A DNA stretch of 64,000 bases. Source: Laetmonice hystrix (Eukaryota). Shown here one piece after another: positions 54,309 through 64,000 of this stretch. Each line of letters starts with the position of its first letter. Within the stretch, counting starts at the first letter, position 1. Below the pieces are notes generated by a model, which made no database searches, was not told the origin of the DNA, and saw only the letters and a list, made by a program, of their open reading frames with translations. Location of the stretch: NCBI GenBank assembly GCA_965235115.1, contig OZ249436.1, positions 40,860,001 to 40,924,000 on the forward strand. Reading direction: 5' to 3'. The translations under genes were made by a program, and so were the position numbers.

Positions 54309-56387
54309 CAATATAATTATAAACACTTCCGATAAACTATTCCACGCGAGGATATTGCTGTATGAATTGTCTTCCTTTTTCATGCAAATTATAATTATGG
54401 ATGTTTCCTCAAGGCATGTATACGTCTCGTCCGCTCCTTGCCACGTGCATAAAGTAACACACACTTGTCTCCTTGCGCCTTCATCTAACTGCATGGAGCG
54501 TGGAGCATGGAGCGTGTGGCATGTAGAGTCTGGCATGGAGCGCCCCCACTCGGCGGTGACAGGTAACGATCGCCACCCGAGGCTACGTTACGTAATCAAC
54601 CAATTGAAGGCATTTACCAACTTCATGAGATCGGCGGTGCACGCATTCATATGTTCACGCTTTGAGCGGTTTCTCGCACAACATCCACACAACATCTGCC
54701 GTCATGCAGGTTTATTGACGTTTTGGTCTCTGCATGTTATCTAATTAAGTTTCGATACGTGGAAAAAACTGAGATGAGGAAGGATTGTTACCTGGTAACG
54801 TGTATGTAACAATAACAAAGTAAAAATAGGCAGGTATAACTACTTGAACATAGATCGATGCAAAATTGATGTTTTTATGCCTTTGGCGGCTTACCGTGTT
54901 AAAGAGTTTTAATTTCTTGCATAGAGTAGGCCTATAGATGAATATTTTTCTGGTTGGGAGCCGTTTTTATTGTTTATATGGCGATATTTGTCGTAGAAAT
55001 ATAAAAATCGACATGTAAGAAGACTTATATCGTCGTGTTTATGGCATGGTATAGGGAATCCATCGTAAAGTCTGGTCCTGTATTATTCACCATGATAAAT
55101 TATCACCTTTAATCGTGCAATAAATTGTCATCTGCATGTACATAATAACATGGCAGGAAGTTGGACATACAATGTATGTTTAGATGCACTGAATGTAAAA
55201 CACAATAATCATGAGAATTATGAGGTGTTTACATTGAAGGGTGGTAATAAAAACTTCACACCTCGAGCTCTGTGTAACTGAAGTGGTCCTGATGGGTCCT
55301 CAAACAAACTTCTATGTATACAGCACTGAGCTCTTTATTACACCAGCAATCTTAATGTATACATACCTGATATCCTATGGTTCCATCTGGGACGTGACAT
55401 CGTGCTAGGCCAGTACAAAGGTGGATCTTCCATCATCTGGTTAACGTTGGCAGAGCGATGTGTGTATGGGAGGGAGGGAGGGAGGGAGGGTGTGTGGGAG
55501 GGAGGGAGGGAGGGAGGGAGGGTGATCCGGCATGCTTTATGTGTGTTTGAGACTAATGGGGTTTCTGGTAAATATAAGTCCAGCCAGACATATTAATGTG
55601 CCGACATATCAATGCATGACGTTCGGGTCGGTCACACACGAGTAACTTTTAGAGACTAGAGTCAGTTGATGTATTGTTGGGACCTGGCTTTTTCCCACAC
55701 TGGGACGACTACCTGGTTTACACAGGGCTGCTGTTGTCTGGTTGGCACGTAATGGAGGGGGGGGGGGGGGGCTCCAGGACATGAGGTACTGCAGCCTCAG
55801 AGATGCTTTCTCTGCTCACAGATTGATCTGATGTCCTATCGTTCTCAACTAAATGATTAAAGTTACTCTGCATGAGCCTTGCGGTGGATGCATTGATGAA
55901 GTGCCTATTATACATAATTATTTGCATTTAGGAATTGGAAAAAGACAAAGGGATTGTGCTTACCGCATTAGGTTTGAAATAAAAGTGTTAACTTAATCTG
56001 AAAATGCAAACATGCCATGCAATATTTCCGCATTTCAATGTACATGGACATGGACGTTTTCTGATGTATACACAACGAGGGAAATGTTTGATATAAGTAT
56101 GTCGAACATTCCATTCATCATGTCTAGTCAATATAACTTACAGGACGATAAAATTATATTATAATATGTGACCTCATTTTTATCATATATGCCTGCCACC
56201 CCATGGCACTCTGTCCTGTCATGAATGTTGGCTCCTCTGACAACGTAAATTATTGTAAACAAATGCTCAGAGGAAAGTAAAACGACTGCAAATTTCTCAT
56301 TAACATATATCCGAATGGTTTACCGCGAGAATCAATATAAAATATTCCGTGTTCCCCTCAAAAAATGTCAAGGGTGTGCCTCAACAG

Positions 56388-57193
56388 GTATACACAGGCA
56401 GGCAAGGATTGTTCACGATTATAAATGTTTGGTTTCTGCACCGTTTACTTAAATCATACTGTTTGTATACACAGGCAGGCAAAGATTGTTCACGATTATA
56501 AATGTTTGGTTTCTGCACCGTTCACTTAAATCATACAATACTGTTTGTATACACAGGCAGGCAAAGATTGTTCACGATTATAAATGTTTGGTTTCTGCAC
56601 CGTTCACTTAAATCATACAATACTGTTTGTATACACAGGCAGGCAAGGATTGTTCACGATTATAAATGTTTGGTTTCTGCACCGTTCACTTAAATCATAC
56701 AATACTGTTTGTATACACAGGCAGGCAAAGATTGTTCACGATTATAAATGTTTGGTTTCTGCACCGTTCACTTAAATCATACAATACTGTTTGTATACAC
56801 AGGCAGGCAAGGATTGTTCACTATTATAAATGTTTGGTTTCTGCACCGTTCACTTAAATCATACAATACTGTTTGTATACACAGGCAGGCAAGGATTGTT
56901 CACGATTATAAATGTTTGGTTTCTGTATCGTTCACTTAAATCATACAGTATAGTTTGTATACACAGGCAGGCAAAGATTGTTCACGATTATAAATGTTTG
57001 GTTTCTGCACCGTTTACTTAAATCATACTGTTTGTATACACAGGCAGGCAAAGATTGTTCACGATTATAAATGTTTGGTTTCTGCACCGTTTACTTAAAT
57101 CATACTGTTTGTATACACAGGCAGGCAAGGATTGTTAACTATTCTAAATGTTTGGTTTCTGCACTGATTACTTAAATCATAAAATACTGTTTG
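56388..57193. repeat. Tandem minisatellite, 82-bp unit (77-bp variants), about 10 copies
   Basis: Unit GTATACACAGGCAGGCAA(A/G)GATTGTTCACGATTATAAATGTTTGGTTTCTGCACCGTTCACTTAAATCATACAATACTGTTT. The ORF track repeats every 82 nt. Confidence 0.97.
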
Positions 57194-59889
57194 CAGGTGT
57201 AATGGCTGCCAACTGACATAGGCCTACATTTCCGAGGGTACAGATTTCAACTATATCCCCTGCGAAAGGTTAGAGATCATTGATAATTACCATTCTTATA
57301 TGAGAATATAATATATAGTCTTGATTATTTTGGCAAATTATTCTAAGTTTCATATGCATTATGCAGCGACTATTCCTATGAATCCTAATGTGCATTGAGT
57401 AAACCAGGATACTATTATTGCTCGTCCTCTATATGTGCTGATTCAGTCAGACCTCAGCTTGCCAGTAATGGTGCACTGGTTGTGTTTGTACATCACAGTG
57501 TTGCTAATTGTTGTCGGTATAGCACGCACTTTGTCTTATACGTATCACTTGTGATCGTGAACTCCTCTGTCAGGGCATCAGGGAACGATGTCATCTGTCC
57601 TCAGTGACAGCTGTGTGACAGATGGGGACTCGGACCTGTCAGCTCCCATAGGTTCAAGTGTTTAAAAGCGGTCAGGACATTTGGAGTTTATCTTCAATAT
57701 TATACTGAGGAACAGCGCGTTTCTCCATCTCTTCTTTAAAATATACAACACTTGAGATTCTCACTTGTTGATATTTGCCAGCCGTTCATATTATGTTCCA
57801 TTACATGTTTGTTTTGATAGTGACTATTGGAAGTACAGAGCCTTGAGTAACTTTGTCATGTGGCCAGCAGACCCCAAGTGTTATCCGGGATGGAGGTTTT
57901 TGTTAGTTGTCAGTAGGCCTATCTGGGGCGGTGACAGTAAATCACCAATGATCAGGCCCCATTATATGAGTCAGAACATCTGTAGGTGAGGGTCAGTAAT
58001 GATTTCTGGCCTTCGTACCCCATCATCCTTGTCATCATACGATCGCGGATCAGTCATTGATCTCACTAACCCATCATCATGGCACACCTTGAGTCTGCCC
58101 GAACCGAGGTCACTGTCTCGTTACGGTTCAGTGACCCCCTCCACCTCATGGCAAACACATCTGGCCGACCTTGACTGCCTTCCATGTGGTCATGAAGATG
58201 AGCTTTGTTGTAGATATGGCACATGTTGGCGCATTCTTCACTCGGTAAAGTCTGAACAATTTAATGAGTTCCACCAAAAAGCAGATTTGGTGGAGTAAAA
58301 CCTGAATTTGTTTTCAGTTTGCTGTAAGCAAGCGGGCAGATAAACGCATTCTGAGGTAACAATGGCGAGGCCTTGATTCTGTATCACTGACAATCAACAG
58401 CAGGAAGATTTGGGGCGGGTATAGTGACTATTTCTGTACGCCGTTTCGGATTCAAAGGAACCGCCTTCACAATTTGGGTGTTAAATTGCCCTTGAAATTA
58501 GAACGAAATTAAGCTATTTTTTGTTTACGATTGCAACGGACGAATACTTTTTCACAACCCTTCAACTTATCTCTCTTGTTCTTGAAAAAATTATATTACA
58601 ATTGAAAAACAGATCTATATATAAAAAAAATGCTATGCATGATGATCAAAAATATCGGTAATTAACGAAGAATGCTGTAAGTATTGCAGGCCCTGAATGC
58701 AAACATTGTTGTAAATAAATAATTTGCCTACTTTACATACCCCCTAGTATGTTGATTGTTCTAACAGTCGAATGATCTTTAGTAACGAGGCAGCCATCGT
58801 CGGCAAATCAGAAAGGCATTGGGTTTTCTACCATATACCAATTCACATGAACAGAACGTTGGCCACTGACCAAAATGGTGTCATTGTTTTCTATTTGTCC
58901 CCCTCCTACAGGGGCAGGTTCGCAAAGGTTGGCTGGTTTCCGTGGAAATTATACTTGGAATCTTTGGGATCGAACTGCTGAATCGGATAAAATAATGGGA
59001 AATGCTAGCCATGCATTTTGCCTGGCCATACGCCCACGTAATTAGATTAAATCGTGCTGATACAGAGATTATCTTTGAATAAGGAGCTTTGACACTTAAT
59101 TGTATTAATTGCATGGGTTCAACCATGACGTCCTTAAATTCCCATTCAAATTACCGTCATATGGAAGCTATCCTGTAAAAGACGTGTTCGAACCCTGACA
59201 CCTGCTAATCTCTTGAGATCATAAATATTGAAGTCGCCCCATAATGACATCTTTAGACTTGTATGGAATAATTAAAAAGGGGGAGGGAGTTAGAAAGGTG
59301 ATAATTATGGCCCAATCGAAATGGTGGTGTTGCTGTCCCACGTCCCTAGTGACCTATGACCTCCTGGATCCAGCTTGTCTACATCGTTCATGATAATATG
59401 GTACACCTTCGTACTCATATAAGCAGTATTTAACTTAGAAAATAACATAGAATTAAAACTCTGTGTTCCTTATTTAAAGGTGTCGCTTCAATGAAGTTGT
59501 ATTCCGGCGTCTAAAATTACCCCGATCATGTTCAGAGGTAGTTTGATCCGGTTGCCAACGAGGAAAACCTCAGATAGGATTTCAGGCATGAGTAGCTCAT
59601 TTCATGACAATCCTGTATGGTAACAATAACAAGATAAATTTATAATGTAACCTTCGCCAAGGGCTTCAATCAAATGTTCCAGTTCCCTGTCTCATGTCAG
59701 TATAAATGTGATTCGTAGCATCGTTAAAATATGCAACATTTGATGCATGAAACATGGAAAGCGTCGAGGGGGTCTCCATTGTAGTGGTATTCTGTGTGTG
59801 CATATGTAGAATACCAAATACCGATTTAATTATTGCTCCACGAAACACCCGATTATACACGATAAACTATTTGAGAACAGGATCAAATA

Positions 59890-60176
59890 AACGTGTAGCT
59901 AAACATGATCATGATCTGCTATTATAGAGCTGTACTAAGGCTTTGGAACATGTAGCTAAACATCATCATGATCTGATATTATAGAGCTGTACTAAGGCTT
60001 TGGAACATGTAGCTAAACATGATCATGATCTACTATTATAGAGCTGTACTAAGGCTTTGGAACATGTAGCTAAACATGATCATGATCTGCTATTATAGAG
60101 CTGTACTAACGCTTTGGAACATGTAGCTAAACATGATCATGATCTGCTATTATAGAGCTGTACTAAGGCTTTGGAA
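59890..60176. repeat. Tandem minisatellite, 57-bp unit, 5 copies
   Basis: Unit AACATGTAGCTAAACATGATCATGATCTGCTATTATAGAGCTGTACTAAGGCTTTGG (59947, 60004, ...). Confidence 0.97.
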
Positions 60177-61614
60177 AATATAGATTGGTGTCGTAAAATG
60201 GGGTTCTATTACAGTTGGGCGGGGTTGAACTCAAGAACAATGTCCAAGTTTTTACCTTTCAATCTTTCAGCTCATCCCGGTACGTGTAGTGTCTCACTAC
60301 ATGCTCCAGCACAAAGCAACTAAGTCACAGAGAAAGGTAAGTTATCTAGTTATATCTAAAAGTCAGTTTTACACGCAGTTTTGGTATTTATCTCATTTAC
60401 TTCATTTCAGGTCAGTCAATACTATCCGGAATTTTATGCTCACCTTTCCCAATCATGGATTGGCGGATACTGCACTATAGTTATAGTCAGGAGATAGGGT
60501 TGTGTTATAATGAAAGAGTCTGTGATCATCTGTAATTATCATACTCAGTAACCTCAAACTTGAATGGATAATGGTGGTTGAGGTACATGAGAGGAAGGCA
60601 TGTGTATGTTGGACGACGATAAGCTGGACATGAGGGTTGAGAAGATTTTGTTTTTAAGTACGGTTTGAAAAGACGTCATCGTGATATTACTATACCTGGA
60701 GTTGGACAATTAAGTTTTCAGATTTTATGGTAGATCAAACATTAGTCAGAAATTTATCCATAGCTTTAAGGAGATAGCTTACTGCTTCCCCTCTTTTTTT
60801 ATACAACCAATTAGCATTGATGTTTCCTGTATTGCACAAAATTGGTCTCTCATGTACCACTTGACTGCAATAATACTACGTTTATATTTATAGCAGTGTT
60901 AAATCCAGATAAGACTTTGTTTAAGGTGGTCGGGAACTGTGTGGCCCGGGGTATACTGCCATGATTTATAACGTCATTGTCGACTTGAACACAGCGACTC
61001 CGGATTTTGTAGGCCCCCGGCATGTAGAATTAGTAGGTCGTACTTGTCAGTAAAACTTTCCTCAAACACTTTCTCTAATTTACGGTCTCTCCTCTAACCA
61101 AAGGCGGAGAATCTCTAGGAACTGGTATTGTCTAAAGGTTCGGCAAAGACACCTGCCACAGGCAGAGCGTCAAACATTTTTGAATCAACCCATAGCGAGA
61201 TAAAGCTTTGTTTCTGAAATATTTATGTAATTTCTATTTTCTTCACACTCCGTGATGCCAAAACAGGTATTTAGAGAGATTTATGGCTAGAGATCACGGA
61301 TTCCCGGGATAATCCGAGTTACGTAATGCCTACAATCAGAGACAGATCAGATATATCTTGGTCAGGGGTAGAACGCAGATACACCGTCTCACACCAATGA
61401 GTATAGGCGTATACATACGTGTCTCAGACATATCCCGGATAATCCAGCGAATGTGCGACTTCAAGCTTTTGAACCCGTCGAGGGTAATTTTATCCATTGT
61501 ACGGACAATTCGACTCCAGCAATTTTCTAGACTTGTGGGGTAGTTTCAATTTTGTTCGAGATACCATCGTTGTTTTGTCAACTTTCCTTTAGGTGTTGGT
61601 TTTACCATCGCTGG

Positions 61615-62058
61615 CACTTAGGTAACTGGAGAGAGTATAGGGACCTTCAGTCTGACTGAGGTCGGTCACACACACCCTGGGCAGACCCCATTAGGATTCT
61701 GACCACTCAGGTAACTGGGGAGATTTTAGGGACCTCCAATCTGACGGAGGTCGGCCACACACACCCTCGGCAGACCCCATCAGGATTCTGACCACTCAGG
61801 TAACTGGAGAGATTTTAGGGACCTCCAATCTGACGGATTGCCACACACACCCTCGGCAGACCCCATCAGGATTCTGACCACTCAGGTAACTGGAGAGATT
61901 TTAGGGACCTCCAATCTGACGGATTGCCACACACACCCTCGGCAGACCCCATCAGGATTCTGACCACTCAGGTAACTGGAGAGATTTTAGGGACCTCCAA
62001 TCTGACGGATTGCCACACACCCTGGGCAGATCAGACCCCATCAGGATTCTGACCACTC
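61615..62058. repeat. Tandem minisatellite, 86-89-bp unit, 5 copies
   Basis: CACT(C/T)AGGTAACTGG...GACCCCATCAGGATTCTGAC starting at 61615, 61704, 61793, 61879 and 61965. Confidence 0.96.
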
Positions 62059-64000
62059 GGTTGACTGACCACCATTATAGTAATGGCCGCCCTTCTTGTT
62101 AGTTAATCCCCCCCCCCACCGGTGGTCACCGGAAATAAATTGGGTGGGCACAAAGGATGTTTAATGTTTGTGGCCCACCCTTGGAGAATGTTTAACCTTT
62201 TAGGGCCTTATTTAGCTTTGACCCGGAAGACCCCTGTCGAGCGAAATGTTGATAACATTATGGTGGCTTTATTCGCCAAATGAAACCTGTTGAAAGTAAA
62301 TCATACTCCACCCGTTGTCCTCGTTACTAAGGGATCGCATGATTGGTTAATAATTGGTCCTTCTTTTAGGTATGACGCCATTCTGCACAGGTGAATTAGT
62401 TAGGTTGTTGACATTATGTGTGGGTGGACCTACATCTCAGAGAAGACAGGTGGAACTAAAGGACAGGTGTTATATTGTTGCTAGTAACCTGAGTTCTCTC
62501 ATCATCCAGGTGCGTTCTTCCTTTAGTTTGTCTTCCACTGGCACATACCTGCTGGCTGTAAGTGTTGTTGGTAAGTTTGGCCGTTCATACATGGCCAGTA
62601 GACATGGTATGGACCTACAGTTAGCTCAAACTACACGTCAACTTGACTTCCGTCAACTTTGACATCTACTTTTTATTGACTTGAATTCTTTTTTAAAGAT
62701 ATAACTCGCTTTGTAATCAACAAAAAGAGAAATGCCTTTTGGTCATGACACCACAGGTATTGAAGGCTGTGGTCTTTATGTACCGTGACTTTGGTTGGTT
62801 GATGTCCTTGACTATATGTAAAAAAATAAGAAAACTATAAACCTACCACATACAGCGGTGGACCTGCTACTTGGGATGTTAAAAGTAGTTTGAAAAGAAC
62901 ATATCAGAAAGCATCCCATTCCTCCTGTTGTAAGACTTATAAATTTACAGGTGTCATAGAGCCATATATAATTTGGCAATTAAATAGAACTTTAATGTGA
63001 TAAGTAATTGTGCAACTACGTGTTCGATTTTTTAAATGATTTCATTGTGGAAATGTTCTAATCATGCAGTTGCATTCATCATAACGTAATTCCCCTGCCC
63101 CTCTAATTCCTCTTAAAGAAAAAAATGGCGAATGAAAAAGGGCTTCAGTCAGGTAGTGTATTGTATGTGGTAACAATGAAAAATTATGCTATTAGAACGA
63201 CAATATCCCCAGGGAGCGCGCGAGTCGTAAATTGTTCGTGAATAATTAACACTTGGTCAACTGCTTGCAGACAAACCAGAGCCGTGACTAGAACTCTCTC
63301 AACCAAGGAAAACCCTTCATAATACTCAGTCAGGCGCGACTATAGATACGCAAGATTGTGAAGGGCTTTAATTCAACTCTAACATCAATTCGTAACTGCC
63401 AAGTTTGAATTCAAAGTTCTTCAATAAAGCCAAAAACATGGAGAGAGAGGGGGCAGGATAAGGTAATATTTGTCTTTAAAATGCAGAAACGTGCTGTTGA
63501 CCTGTGCCATCTGTTTGTGAACGTGTGCCACCTGCACAGATCATTGAAAGCCTGTGTCTGAGAACCTTATTTTTGGAGTTCAGGGTCAGATAAACACTTT
63601 TGATCGAGCTGGTTGGTGGTACGTTCAGATGTAGAGAATGTTCTCGTCATCAGTGGCAGATGTAACTAACATTGTTGACCTAGGGCCCCGTTTTCACGAG
63701 GTCACGTCGCCTAATGAGACGTCGCCACCCCAAAATAACGTGTACCTGGCAATCTCCGTGGTGGGATCGCATCATCGTACTCCGGCAGGTCTAGGAGGAT
63801 TTCAAGTAGCACCTATTTATTTGGTGGATTATTATTCACACTGCATGCAGGGTTAGAAACGATAACCTTTGAATATACGACGACAGGCTATCTTTGGTAG
63901 GATTCCCTAGGATCAGCCAGTCCCCCCACCCACCATGTATTGACCTCATGACCGTTTGCTAAGGTGAGAACACGCAGTGTTTCAGCTCATTCAGCTCTGC

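Overview
Eukaryotic, gene-poor genomic DNA from an invertebrate animal. A lophotrochozoan-like origin is inferred from the actin intron pattern and is not certain. The only intact protein-coding gene I can support is a 376-aa cytoplasmic-type actin on the minus strand (exons 6708-6583 and 3925-2921, one 2.66-kb intron after the HQ codon), with a TATA box, CArG boxes and a poly(A) signal. The rest is repeat-rich intergenic or intronic DNA: six tandem minisatellite arrays, several MITEs (Harbinger-, hAT-, Kolobok- and Tc1-like), two decayed coding-like fragments and transcription-factor motif clusters (RFX, CTCF). The most striking structure is a 7.0-kb non-coding foldback DNA transposon (36981-43987) with ~2-kb terminal inverted repeats, TAG...CTA ends and a TGA target duplication (Academ-like). 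It carries three nested elements. One is a 572-bp CA...TG element with a perfect 10-bp TSD whose empty site is preserved in the opposite arm. I found no CRISPR array, rRNA, intact tRNA, intact transposase or new protein-coding system.
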